Below are positions 30,846 through 40,508 of a DNA stretch of 64,000 nucleotides, one piece after another; positions within the stretch are counted from its first letter, which is position 1; each line of letters begins with the position of its first letter. The stretch covers positions 5,952,001 to 6,016,000 of the forward strand of contig OY762069.1 in the NCBI GenBank assembly GCA_963665095.1. Reading direction: 5' to 3'. The stretch comes from an uncultured Desulfobacter sp. (GTDB lineage: Bacteria > Desulfobacterota > Desulfobacteria > Desulfobacterales > Desulfobacteraceae). The position numbers and the translations under genes were made by a program. The notes beneath the pieces were generated by a model. The model saw nothing but the letters and a program-made list of their open reading frames with translations. It did not search any database and was not told the origin of the DNA.

Positions 30846-31952
30846 CTACCTCGTCAATAAGCCCGGTGCCGACTTACTGTTCACTGAAGCTGCCGGCACA
30901 CAATAGGAAAAGGTGTCCAGGAACTGAAATGAATTCGTATCCTCAGGGTTGGTTAACGCCTTCCAGCGAAGCGTTACGCAGTCTCCCTCCACAGTGGCCA
31001 GCATATAACCGTAAAATTTTTCATTGTGATATTCCCGGGTGATGCGGCCTGCTTCCTTGTAACTTCCGGACCAGGTTCTACGCTTGCCGCCGCCGGGACT
31101 GACGATAATCTGGCGCAGGGGGTGGCCTGTGCTGTCAGGAATCAGCGCGCGGTTATAAAAATGGTCATGACCGCAAAAATAAATGATGGCCCCGGCCCGG
31201 CCAATGCTGTCCCAGAAGTCATCACGCAGTGCCGGAAAACACGACAGATTGTCCTTATGGTGCATTTCAAAGGCAGGTTCATGGCCGTATATAAATACAT
31301 GGGGAAGCGTATTGCCCTGTAACTGGCGGTCAAGCCACGCCTGATTTATTTTATGCTGACCACCGCTGTACTGGTCCAGCCCGACAAAAAAAGCATTTTT
31401 ATGGGAAAAGCTGTAGGTCAGCCCCTGTTCGCCAATGGGGCCATTTTTAGGAATATAGGATTCGTTGAACGTGTCCTGGTAAGCCTTTTTCAACTGGTCA
31501 AGGGCGCCGGGTGGTGGTTCGAGCCGGGCTGGCAGCGGCGGGAGCACCAGCCGTTCCGGGCCGCTGTCGTGGTTGCCCCGGATGGGATACACCCGGATGC
31601 CGGCATGATAGACCGGTGCCATGGCATTTTTCCAGTTTTGATATTGAACACAGTATGCAGTGTCACCGTTTTTAAACCAGCCGTTGACAAGATCTCCGGA
31701 AACAAGTACCAGGTCAGGTTTTTCCAGAACAATGTCACCGGCAATGGCATGGACGATGGCGTCGTTGATACAGGAGTGCCCCTGGGGTGCTTTGTTATGT
31801 CCCTGTGTATCAGAGACCACCGCAAATTTCCAGGATGGTGCACTGCTGTGGGAGGGCGCCGTGTTTCGCGTACAGGACGCGCTTACCAAAGAGAGCAGCA
31901 GAACCAGAAATGCCAGAACAGAAAAATACTTTTTATTGAAAAGTGATTGCAT
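30846..31952 (-). CDS. Calcineurin-like metallophosphoesterase, probable lipoprotein
   Basis: SDTQ, SGDLV, GNHD, GHE, GHDH motifs; lipobox-like LVSASC after a hydrophobic stretch. ATG 31952 has an RBS. Confidence 0.85.
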   Translation of the reverse strand: MQSLFNKKYFSVLAFLVLLLSLVSASCTRNTAPSHSSAPSWKFAVVSDTQGHNKAPQGHSCINDAIVHAIAGDIVLEKPDLVLVSGDLVNGWFKNGDTAYCVQYQNWKNAMAPVYHAGIRVYPIRGNHDSGPERLVLPPLPARLEPPPGALDQLKKAYQDTFNESYIPKNGPIGEQGLTYSFSHKNAFFVGLDQYSGGQHKINQAWLDRQLQGNTLPHVFIYGHEPAFEMHHKDNLSCFPALRDDFWDSIGRAGAIIYFCGHDHFYNRALIPDSTGHPLRQIIVSPGGGKRRTWSGSYKEAGRITREYHNEKFYGYMLATVEGDCVTLRWKALTNPEDTNSFQFLDTFSYCVPAASVNSKSAPGLLTR

Positions 31953-32247
31953 GGTGCCTTCCCATCTTAAACAGTTATAGCCGTTATCTGCCAATGATGA
32001 TGATGTTATCAGTTATCTCAAAATACAGAAATAGTACTATGTTAAAATCAAAAGCAGAAAGACAGGCTTTAGTGGAGAATAAACATCCCCAGTTTAAAAT
32101 TGCAACAGTCAATTGAATGCCCTGTTCGGTTTCCTGTTATTTTGAACCGAAGACCGTTGACTCTATCTGTAACTATTGTTTTTCGGAATTATGAAATGTC
32201 AATATGTTAGGTTGAGGGCTGGACATTGGCCTGCCTGCTCCCTGGGT

Positions 32248-34278
32248 TTAATCCATGGGGGTGAGGCCTAAAACCCTGCTGACCACCTCATCAAGTTCAG
32301 CTGCGGTGATGATGGTGATTCCCTGTCTCAAGGTCTCATCAATGACTGAAATCTCCGCGTGGTTTTTGGCTGGAAAGACCACTGTTTTAATGCCTGCTGC
32401 TCTGGCTGCCAGAAGCTTTTCCCGGATGCCGCCCACAGGCAGAATCCGACCGCTCAACGTCAGTTCGCCGGTCATGGCGACTTTTCTGGGGCAGGGCACC
32501 TCTTTTAACAGGGAGAGCAGTGCCACGGCAATGGTGAGTCCGGCAGACGGACCGTCCTTGGGGATGGCACCCGAGGGCACGTGGATGTGGATGTCCCGGC
32601 CCTGGAAAAAGTCTTCTGACAGGCCAAACTGCCGGGTATGGCTGCGAATGTAACTTAAGGCCGCCTGAGCGGATTCCTTCATTACTTCCCCTAAATATCC
32701 TGTGAGAATCAGGCGTTCAGCTCCCATCATCCGGGAGGTCTCCACAAAGATGATCTCTCCGCCGCTCTCTGTCCAGGCAAGACCGGTGGCGCATCCCACC
32801 CAGTCCCTGGCTCCGGCGATTTCATAGTGGTACCTGGCCGGTCCCAACAGAAGACCCACAGCATTGCTGTCAATCAGAATTTTTTCGGGGGCATCTGCAT
32901 CCAGGACCAGACGTCGGGCCACCTTTCGGCAAATGGCGGCAATTTTTCGTTCAAATTCGCGCAGCCCAGCCTCCCGGGTGTGTTCCCGGATAATCGCGTA
33001 AAGACCATCTTTTGTGAACTCCAGGTGAAACCCTGAAAGGCCGGCATCCTCCATGGCCCTGGGGATAAGGTGCCGTCTGGCAATATGAACCTTTTCCTCA
33101 TTGGTGTATCCGGACATGGAGATGACCTCAAACCGGTCCAGCAGTGGTCCTGGAATCCTGGCCACGGTATTGGCCGTGGCAATGAACATCACCTTGGACA
33201 GGTCAAAGGGAAGGTCCAGGTAGTGGTCAATGAAGTTGGCGTTCTGCTGGGGGTCCAGCACCTCAAGCAGGGCTGCTGCCGGGTCCCCTTTGAAATCCTG
33301 GCCGATTTTATCAATTTCATCCAGCATGAACACAGGATTCATGGATTCGGCCCTGCGGATCTCCTGGATGATCCGGCCGGTCAATGCACCTGCATAGGAG
33401 CGGCGATGGCCTCTGATATCGGCCTCGTCCTTGACGCCTGCAAGGGAAATCCGGACAAATTTACGTTCAAGACTTTTGGCAATGGACTGGCCCAGGGATG
33501 TTTTTCCCGTGCCCGGAGGGCCGGCAAAGCAGATCACCGGGCCCCTTGTCTCCACAAGGCCTGTTTTTCGGCTCAATGCCTTTTTAACGGTTTCCCGGAT
33601 ATCGTCAAGCTTGAGCGGCTTGGGGATAAAATGAAACGAGCCGCGTTTGATGGCGTCCACGGCCGTCAGAACCGTGGCATAGCCTGAGATGATAATCACT
33701 TCGGTATCGGGGCTGTCTGCTTTGATCCGTTCTAATAGAGCCATGCCGTCAATCTTGTCCATTTTAAGATCGGTGATGACAAGATCTACTTTTCTGTTTT
33801 TCAAAAATTCCAGGGCCTGGGTGCCGCCTTCAGCCATGTTGACCTCATATCCCTCCTTTGACAGGACATGCTCAAGGTTCATCCGGGTCACTTTTTCATC
33901 ATCCACCACAAGGATGGTATTTTTCCGGGAGAGCTTCATCTGCCGTACCGCCAGGTGTTCAAGTATCCTTTCTTTGATCTCTTCCAGCCCGTAATGCTCG
34001 GAATCAAGAATTTTTTCAGCCCGGGTAATATCCAGGTTGTCCTTTGTATACCTGTGCCAGGGCAGGGTGATCACATAGTCGATATGGGCCAGGGCAATGG
34101 CGTATTCGGCAGATGACGGGCTGAGCCGGCGCATCCGGTCCACCTCTTTGAGCAGAATTTTTTCCACCTCCGCGGGCATTTTCTGCTCCACCACAGACTG
34201 GAAAAGGTCATCAATCTCTTCGACCTGGGGCTCAATAACTTCCCGGGGTTCTTCTTCTTTTTTAAAAATTCGTTTCAC
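32248..34278 (-). CDS. lon: Lon (La) protease lacking the N-terminal domain, with an inserted response-regulator receiver domain
   Basis: HYGLEEIKERILE, then REC (VVDDE..ITDLKM..ISG..PKP), then GPPGTGKT, LDEIDK, PKDGPSAG and GGIREK (Ser-Lys dyad). GTG start. Confidence 0.92.
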   Translation of the reverse strand: MKRIFKKEEEPREVIEPQVEEIDDLFQSVVEQKMPAEVEKILLKEVDRMRRLSPSSAEYAIALAHIDYVITLPWHRYTKDNLDITRAEKILDSEHYGLEEIKERILEHLAVRQMKLSRKNTILVVDDEKVTRMNLEHVLSKEGYEVNMAEGGTQALEFLKNRKVDLVITDLKMDKIDGMALLERIKADSPDTEVIIISGYATVLTAVDAIKRGSFHFIPKPLKLDDIRETVKKALSRKTGLVETRGPVICFAGPPGTGKTSLGQSIAKSLERKFVRISLAGVKDEADIRGHRRSYAGALTGRIIQEIRRAESMNPVFMLDEIDKIGQDFKGDPAAALLEVLDPQQNANFIDHYLDLPFDLSKVMFIATANTVARIPGPLLDRFEVISMSGYTNEEKVHIARRHLIPRAMEDAGLSGFHLEFTKDGLYAIIREHTREAGLREFERKIAAICRKVARRLVLDADAPEKILIDSNAVGLLLGPARYHYEIAGARDWVGCATGLAWTESGGEIIFVETSRMMGAERLILTGYLGEVMKESAQAALSYIRSHTRQFGLSEDFFQGRDIHIHVPSGAIPKDGPSAGLTIAVALLSLLKEVPCPRKVAMTGELTLSGRILPVGGIREKLLAARAAGIKTVVFPAKNHAEISVIDETLRQGITIITAAELDEVVSRVLGLTPMD

Positions 34279-34342
34279 AGGTACGCCCTTTCTTCCAGAA
34301 TTTTAAAAATTGCAGACATCCTTGTTGAGCTATCAGGCTTTG

Positions 34343-34358
34343 AGCAATTACCATGCCT
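34343..34358 (-). promoter_or_regulatory. Sigma-54 promoter for lon-REC
   Basis: Minus strand AGGCATGGTAATTGCT: GG-N10-GC with TTGC. Confidence 0.7.
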
Positions 34359-34455
34359 TGGGAACGGTTGAAGTCATGAATCCTTATGAATAAAGGCATC
34401 TGTTATCTTCTGTCTGACCTTTCCGGTTGAAAATCTGAAGTGTATCGCCCGAATC

Positions 34456-34555
34456 GTTTCACAATGCAACATCCTCATTGAAAAGTGTAATACCCCTAAA
34501 ACCTGATCTGACAGGGGGTAGGGCCATATTTTAAAAAAGTATTGCAATATGCAAC
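34456..34555. promoter_or_regulatory. Two candidate enhancer-binding-protein sites
   Basis: Imperfect palindromes GTTTCACAATGCAAC (34456-34470) and ATTGCAATATGCAAC (34541-34555) between two divergent sigma-54 promoters. Confidence 0.5.
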
Positions 34556-34631
34556 AAACCCTTTCTGCGCAAACCGGGGCTGACAACCGAAAAACCGCTG
34601 ATACCAGGCTATTCAGAAGGTTTCCAATAGC

Positions 34632-34647
34632 TGGTATGCTAATTGCT
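34632..34647 (+). promoter_or_regulatory. Sigma-54 promoter for the permease operon
   Basis: TGGTATGCTAATTGCT: GG-N10-GC. Confidence 0.75.
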
Positions 34648-34700
34648 CCTTGTTACGGCAAAAGAAGGTAACTTTAATATATCAAGGAGGACAACTGAAA

Positions 34701-35255
34701 ATGCAGTTTCTAAACGGATTAAAGACCAGAGTCTTCGGCCTTGGCAAGAAGAAAGTTGAAAAAGAGAGTTCCATCAGGTTTTCCCAGCCCACCTTGCAGA
34801 CCGACGATAACAACCAGTGCATCGCCTGCAGTGAAAACCAGGGCAAAAATCTGGTTGTGGCCACCCTTGAAAGCAGGTTCTCGGATGACATGATTGAGTA
34901 TGCCCTGGACATGGCTGTACGTATGGATTACGGCATCATTGCCGTGAATGCCGCCAATCTCACCCATGATCTCACCTCGTTTTTTTCCACCCCCCAGGAT
35001 GAACTGTTCCAGGATTTTAAGCAGACCGCTGAAAGAAATGCAGTCACGTTCCAGGAACGGGCCGCGGACCTGGGGTTAAAGTTTGCACACACCACCACCC
35101 AATCCGATGTTGATCATGCCATTGCCGACATCACCAGGGAGTGCGGTCACATTGAGTTCATTATTACTGAAAACAAAGAACCTCTGGTGACAAGAGACCG
35201 GGCATCCAATCAGAACCGAATTGCCCAGAGGCTTTGCGTTTACTCAGTGGATTAG
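34701..35255 (+). CDS. Hypothetical protein, possibly universal-stress-protein-like fold
   Basis: AAGGAGG RBS. LVVA....FS....EYAL.MA.R...IIA.N pattern resembles USP-like proteins. Confidence 0.65.
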   Translation: MQFLNGLKTRVFGLGKKKVEKESSIRFSQPTLQTDDNNQCIACSENQGKNLVVATLESRFSDDMIEYALDMAVRMDYGIIAVNAANLTHDLTSFFSTPQDELFQDFKQTAERNAVTFQERAADLGLKFAHTTTQSDVDHAIADITRECGHIEFIITENKEPLVTRDRASNQNRIAQRLCVYSVD

Positions 35256-35270
35256 AAAGGGGCGTTTACC

Positions 35271-35354
35271 ATGGATGCACATTTTATCATTGGGCTGGCT
35301 ATCATACTGTTTGCAGCTGTTCTTTGTTTTATTTACAGAAATGAAAATGAATAA
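35271..35354 (+). CDS. Putative 27-aa single-TM small protein
   Basis: MDAHFIIGLAIILFAAVLCFIYRNENE; GAAAGGGG upstream; below the ORF-track cutoff. Confidence 0.5.
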   Translation: MDAHFIIGLAIILFAAVLCFIYRNENE

Positions 35355-35410
35355 CCCCGCGTATACCTGACGGGTACTGATATTATTAAAAGACAATGGA
35401 GTGTTCATAA

Positions 35411-37225
35411 ATGACACCTGATATGATTATGACCATGATCATCCTGGTTTTTGTTATCTGCCTTTTTGTGTTTGAATGGGTGCGGGTGGATGTGGTGGGG
35501 ATATTGATGATGGTCCTTCTGCCCCTGATCGGACTCATTTCACCCAAAGAGGCGTTTGTGGGCTTAAGTTCCAATGCGGTCTGTTCCATTATTGCTGTAA
35601 TTATCATTGGCGCGGGCCTGGACAAGACCGGCGTCATGAATAAGGTGGCCAAACCCATTCTGGCGCTGGCCGGAAAAAGTGAAGGCAAAATCATGCTGCT
35701 GGTCTCCGGCACCGTGGGAATCATCTCCAGTATGATGCAGAACATCGGAGCGGCCGCCCTGTTCCTGCCCGCCACCCAGAGAATTTCCAAACGAATCGGA
35801 ATCCCCACCTCACGGATTCTGATGCCCATGGGGTTCTGTGCCATTATCGGCGGGACTCTTACCCTGGTGGGCGCAAGCCCCACCATTCTGCTCAACGATT
35901 TGATGGTCTTAGGCGGCGAAAAGCTGGAGCCCTTTGGATTGTTTACCCAGACGCCCATTGGTGTCTGCCTGCTGGGTACAGCCCTGCTTTACTTTCTGTT
36001 TTTCAGCCGTTTTGTGTTGCCCAATGCCTCGGGAGACTCCGGAAAAGGCGCCTCTGACGTGCTGACCCAGGAGTATCAGGGTGTTGACAGCGTGGCAGAG
36101 CTTCACGTGCCGGAAGACGCCAAGAACATCGGCCTTCTGGATGAACTCAATATTAGGCCCCGGTTCCTGGTGACCGTCATCGGGATCTCCTCTCCATCCA
36201 CCCAGGCCACCAACCATGTGCCCCACAGTTATGAGAGCATTAACGCGGGCGACGATATTGCCGTGGTGGGTAAAAAGGAGAACATTGCCCGCCTGGCAGA
36301 AGAGTTCGACTGGGAGATTAAACCGGCCCTGGACACCTTTGCCGAATTTTTGGCCAACACCAATGCGGGCATGGCTGAAGCCGTTGTGTCTCCCAGGTCT
36401 GAGCTCATCGGCAAAACCCTGAATGAGGTGGATTTTAAAGAGATGTTCAGCCTGAATCCGCTTGTTTTATTCAAGGATAACCGTAAATATTACTCCGGGC
36501 TGACCAATATCCGCCTGGCCATGGGCGATACCCTGCTGCTCCAGGGCCCCTGGGAAAAATTTCACATTCTGAAAAATCGGTCCGGCCCCAAATCCATGAT
36601 GTTTGCCTCGGAACTGGAGGGCGAAATCCTGCGGCCCCAGAAAGCCATGCTTGCCCTGGGGTGGCTGGCTTTAGCCCTGTTCCAGATCATATTTTTAAAA
36701 ATCCAGCTCTCTGTGGCCTTGATGTCTGGTGCTTTGGGTATGATCATCACAGGGGTTCTCACCATTGATGAGGCCTACCTGGCCGTGGACTGGATGACGG
36801 TGTTTCTGCTGGCAGGGCTTATACCTTTAGGCATTGCCTTTGAAAAGACCGGGACGGCGAACTTCATCGCCCATACCGTCCTCAGTCTCATTGGAACACC
36901 GACGCCTATCATCCTTTTGGCTGTGGTGGGGATCATGACCTCATTTTTCACTCTGGTCATCTCCAATGTCGGCGCCACGGTGCTTCTTGTGCCCCTGTGT
37001 ATGAACATGGCGGTAATGGCCGGCGCAGACCCGAGAATGGCGGCGCTTGTAGTAGGGCTCTCCGCTTCCAATACCTTTGTGCTGCCCACCCACCAGGTCA
37101 ATGCACTGATTATGCGACCCGGCGGATACCGCACCATTGACTATGCCAAGGCCGGTGCAGTGATGACCATTCTGTTCCTGACAGTGGAACTTACCGTGAT
37201 CTACCTGTTTTACGGGATTTCGTGA
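35411..37225 (+). CDS. SLC13/DASS family permease with TrkA-C domains
   Basis: Hydrophobic N- and C-terminal halves (MMQNIGA, GGTLTLVG, PTHQVN....PGGY) flanking soluble TrkA-C repeats. Confidence 0.9.
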   Translation: MTPDMIMTMIILVFVICLFVFEWVRVDVVGILMMVLLPLIGLISPKEAFVGLSSNAVCSIIAVIIIGAGLDKTGVMNKVAKPILALAGKSEGKIMLLVSGTVGIISSMMQNIGAAALFLPATQRISKRIGIPTSRILMPMGFCAIIGGTLTLVGASPTILLNDLMVLGGEKLEPFGLFTQTPIGVCLLGTALLYFLFFSRFVLPNASGDSGKGASDVLTQEYQGVDSVAELHVPEDAKNIGLLDELNIRPRFLVTVIGISSPSTQATNHVPHSYESINAGDDIAVVGKKENIARLAEEFDWEIKPALDTFAEFLANTNAGMAEAVVSPRSELIGKTLNEVDFKEMFSLNPLVLFKDNRKYYSGLTNIRLAMGDTLLLQGPWEKFHILKNRSGPKSMMFASELEGEILRPQKAMLALGWLALALFQIIFLKIQLSVALMSGALGMIITGVLTIDEAYLAVDWMTVFLLAGLIPLGIAFEKTGTANFIAHTVLSLIGTPTPIILLAVVGIMTSFFTLVISNVGATVLLVPLCMNMAVMAGADPRMAALVVGLSASNTFVLPTHQVNALIMRPGGYRTIDYAKAGAVMTILFLTVELTVIYLFYGIS

Positions 37226-37367
37226 TTCCGGCCATACTGGTTTTTTAACAAAGGGCTGCCCGTGTCTGATCCGCCCAACCATCGGTCAGCACCAGGGCAG
37301 CCCTTTAATATTCGTGAATATCGTGTTAGGGGTTGTTCGTCCAAATAAACAAAGATACTATACGGCC

Positions 37368-38789
37368 ATGACATTTTCCTTAAGACAAAAAATATCCTTT
37401 CTTTTCATGATGTTTATGGTGGCAAACAGTATTATCTGGTTTGTGAACCACTACAGCAATGCCACCGTACTGAAAACCCTGGTCCTTATAGAGAAAAAGA
37501 GGGATCTTCTGGATACGGTGCTGGAGGCAAGGCGCTATGAGAAAAACTTTTTTTTGCGGAAAAACATCCAGGACCTGTCCGAAGCCCTCTCCTATATCAA
37601 AAAGACCCAGGAGAAGCAGGCGCTTATTGAACAGGAGTTTTCAGGCCTGGTGGCGGAAGAGCCATCAGTTAAAGAGCGGTCCCAGGCCATACAGGACTAC
37701 TGCACCAACGTGGAATCCCTTCTGAAGCTGTACCGGCAGGAGGGGGCGGTCACGCCTGAAAAATCCTGGCAGATTCAGAACAATGTCACCCAGCTTGGCC
37801 GGAAACTGACCACGGACATTGAAGAGGTGGTGAAGACAGAGAAAAAAAAGGTGTTTGAACTGCTGGATCATTCCCGGCAACTGCTGATGTTTTCTTTGCT
37901 TTCTCTTTTTTCTTTGACCGTTCTGGCGGCGTTTTTCCTGATCTGGAAACTCAACCGTCCTTTAAAAGCCATTGAAACCGGGATTAAGAAGATTGCCAAG
38001 GGCGCCTATGATAAAATTCCGGAAATAAGAACCGGTGATGAATTTGAATCCTTGTCCGTCAGTCTCAACGAAATGATTGCTGAACTGGACCGGCGTAAAA
38101 CGCAGCTCATCCAGGCGGAGAAAATGTCCTCTCTGGGGACTCTGACCTCAGGGGTGGCCCATGAACTGAACAATCCATTGAACAATATCTCCACATCCAT
38201 CCAGATTATTCAGGAGGAGATCGAAGACCCGGATCTGGCATATAAGAAAAATCTTCTGGCCATCGTGGAGCAGGAGGTCAACCGGTCAAGGGATATTATC
38301 CGGGCATTGCTTGAATTTTCCAGGCAGAGCGATTTCTCTGTTGAACCGGTTCACTTCAAGGCCCTGGTCCATAAAACCATGCACCTGATCACAGGGGATA
38401 TTCCTTCCACCATTGAGGTCCAGATTCATGTGGCGGATGATCTTGAAGCAAAGATGGATCCCCGCCGCATCCAGCAGGTCCTGCTGAACCTGATTATCAA
38501 CGCGGTGTATGCCATGGAGAACCAGGCACACGGCATTTTGATCATTTCAGCCATGAAGGATCAGCTGGCCCACACCTTTGTTTTCAGTGTCAAGGATAAC
38601 GGTATGGGCATTCAGGATGAGTATATGGCGAAAATTTTTGATCCGTTTTTCACCACCCGGGAGGTGGGAAAAGGATCCGGCTTAGGCCTCTCCATCATCC
38701 ACGGCATTGTTGAACAGCATTCAGGTACCATCAGTGTAAATTCAAGTCCCGGTAAGGGCACAATGTTTACGGTAACGCTGCCGGACTGA
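37368..38789 (+). CDS. Membrane sensor histidine kinase (HAMP)
   Basis: Two TMs, HAMP, GVAHELNNPL, FDPFFTT...GSGLGL. Start placed at ATG 37368. Confidence 0.92.
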   Translation: MTFSLRQKISFLFMMFMVANSIIWFVNHYSNATVLKTLVLIEKKRDLLDTVLEARRYEKNFFLRKNIQDLSEALSYIKKTQEKQALIEQEFSGLVAEEPSVKERSQAIQDYCTNVESLLKLYRQEGAVTPEKSWQIQNNVTQLGRKLTTDIEEVVKTEKKKVFELLDHSRQLLMFSLLSLFSLTVLAAFFLIWKLNRPLKAIETGIKKIAKGAYDKIPEIRTGDEFESLSVSLNEMIAELDRRKTQLIQAEKMSSLGTLTSGVAHELNNPLNNISTSIQIIQEEIEDPDLAYKKNLLAIVEQEVNRSRDIIRALLEFSRQSDFSVEPVHFKALVHKTMHLITGDIPSTIEVQIHVADDLEAKMDPRRIQQVLLNLIINAVYAMENQAHGILIISAMKDQLAHTFVFSVKDNGMGIQDEYMAKIFDPFFTTREVGKGSGLGLSIIHGIVEQHSGTISVNSSPGKGTMFTVTLPD

Positions 38790-38822
38790 TTATTCCAGCC
38801 GCGCGCTTAGCCAGGGAGGACC

Positions 38823-40175
38823 ATGCAGGAACAGATTCTGATTATCGAAGATGAACAGATCGCTTTGAAAAATCTTGAACATATCCTTGAAAAAGAGGGA
38901 TACAAGGTAACGGGCGTGGACAGCGGGACTAAGGGGTTGTCCCTGATCAAATCCCGGACCTTTGATCTGATCATCACCGATTACAAGATGAAAAAAATCG
39001 ACGGTATGCAGATCCTTGAAGCCAGCCGGGAGTTTGCGCCCCATACCGAGGTGATCATGGTCACAGGCTACGCCACCGTTGACAATGCTGTCATGGCCAT
39101 GAAGGAGGGGGCCTATCACTACCTTGCCAAACCCTATAAAATTGACGAGGTCCGACAGATTGTCAAACAGGCTCTGCTCAAGCGCGCCCTGCAGCTGGAG
39201 AACCTGTCGCTGAAAAAACAGCTGGACCAGAAATCCCGGCTACCGGAAATTATCGGGAACAGCAAACCCATGCTGGAGGTGAAAAAAACAATCGCCCAGG
39301 TGGCCCAGACCGATATTTCTGTCTTGATTTTAGGCGAGAGCGGCACAGGAAAAGAGCTCGTGGCAAAGGCCATTCACAGTCTCTCCTCCCGGGCCGGCCA
39401 TGAGATGGTGGCCTTTAACTGCGGGTCATTTTCAGAAGATCTCATGGCCAATGAATTGTTCGGCCATGAAAAAGAGGCCTTTACCGGGGCGGCAAAAGAC
39501 AAGAAGGGCCTGTTTGAATTTGCCGACCAGGGTACGGTCTTTTTTGACGAAATCGGGGACATGCCCTCCACCATGCAGATAAAAATTTTGCGGGTGATCC
39601 AGGAAAAGGAGATCATGCGGGTGGGCTCGACCCGGACAGTGCCTGTGGACCTGCGCTTTATTGCAGCCACCCACCGGGACCTGCGTCATGAGGTGGACCA
39701 GGGCCGTTTCCGTCAGGATCTTTACTTTAGGCTAAACGTGGCCACCATCCTTCTGCCCCCGCTCACCGACAGGAAGGAGGATATCCCCTTGCTGGCCTAT
39801 CATTTTCTGGCCAAAAAAAACCGGGATATGGGCAAAACAATCAAGGAGATTGACCGCACCACCATGGATTTTCTGGTCAATTACGCCTGGCCCGGCAATG
39901 TCCGGGAACTTGAGAATATTGTTGAACGGGCCGTGGCCATGGAAAACAGCGAGAAGATCTATCCCGAAGCCCTTCCCGATCACCTCACCCAGCTGGCCAT
40001 TGAAACCTACCGCACGGCCCCTGAAGGCAAAATTCCCACCATGAAGGAGCAGGAAAAACGCTATATCCAGTGGGTGCTCGAGCAGACCAACTGGAACAAG
40101 ACCAAAGCGGCCGAGATCATGGAGATTGACCGGGTCTCCCTGTGGCGCAAAATCAAAACTTTTAAACTTGAGTAG
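38823..40175 (+). CDS. Sigma-54-dependent response regulator (NtrC family)
   Basis: REC domain, GESGTGKE, ELFGHEKEAFTGA, WPGNVREL, Fis-type HTH. Confidence 0.95.
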   Translation: MQEQILIIEDEQIALKNLEHILEKEGYKVTGVDSGTKGLSLIKSRTFDLIITDYKMKKIDGMQILEASREFAPHTEVIMVTGYATVDNAVMAMKEGAYHYLAKPYKIDEVRQIVKQALLKRALQLENLSLKKQLDQKSRLPEIIGNSKPMLEVKKTIAQVAQTDISVLILGESGTGKELVAKAIHSLSSRAGHEMVAFNCGSFSEDLMANELFGHEKEAFTGAAKDKKGLFEFADQGTVFFDEIGDMPSTMQIKILRVIQEKEIMRVGSTRTVPVDLRFIAATHRDLRHEVDQGRFRQDLYFRLNVATILLPPLTDRKEDIPLLAYHFLAKKNRDMGKTIKEIDRTTMDFLVNYAWPGNVRELENIVERAVAMENSEKIYPEALPDHLTQLAIETYRTAPEGKIPTMKEQEKRYIQWVLEQTNWNKTKAAEIMEIDRVSLWRKIKTFKLE

Positions 40176-40508
40176 ACGTAAGGCATCACACAAAAATAAA
40201 TAGCACATCTTGCTTGTCTTTTGCTCCATCCACCAATTGGAGGGTTATAAACCGTCTTCCCCTTTTAAAACAATTTTGAACGGGACTGGTCAAAATCAAT
40301 AACCGTTACAACCCTTGCCCCAGTTTTTCATCCTGAAATATAAGCGCGTTTTTCGCCTGATCTTCCGGGCAGGCATTGCCTCTATGTCTGAACCGGGTGC
40401 TGTTTTGGATTTTTAAAAAAACCGCTTGGTAAGTCCCCCTATTTTTGTTATCGGTCATATATGGCTGAGAAGAGCGGAGACGGCCGCGGCCGTTAATAAG
40501 AATTCAAT

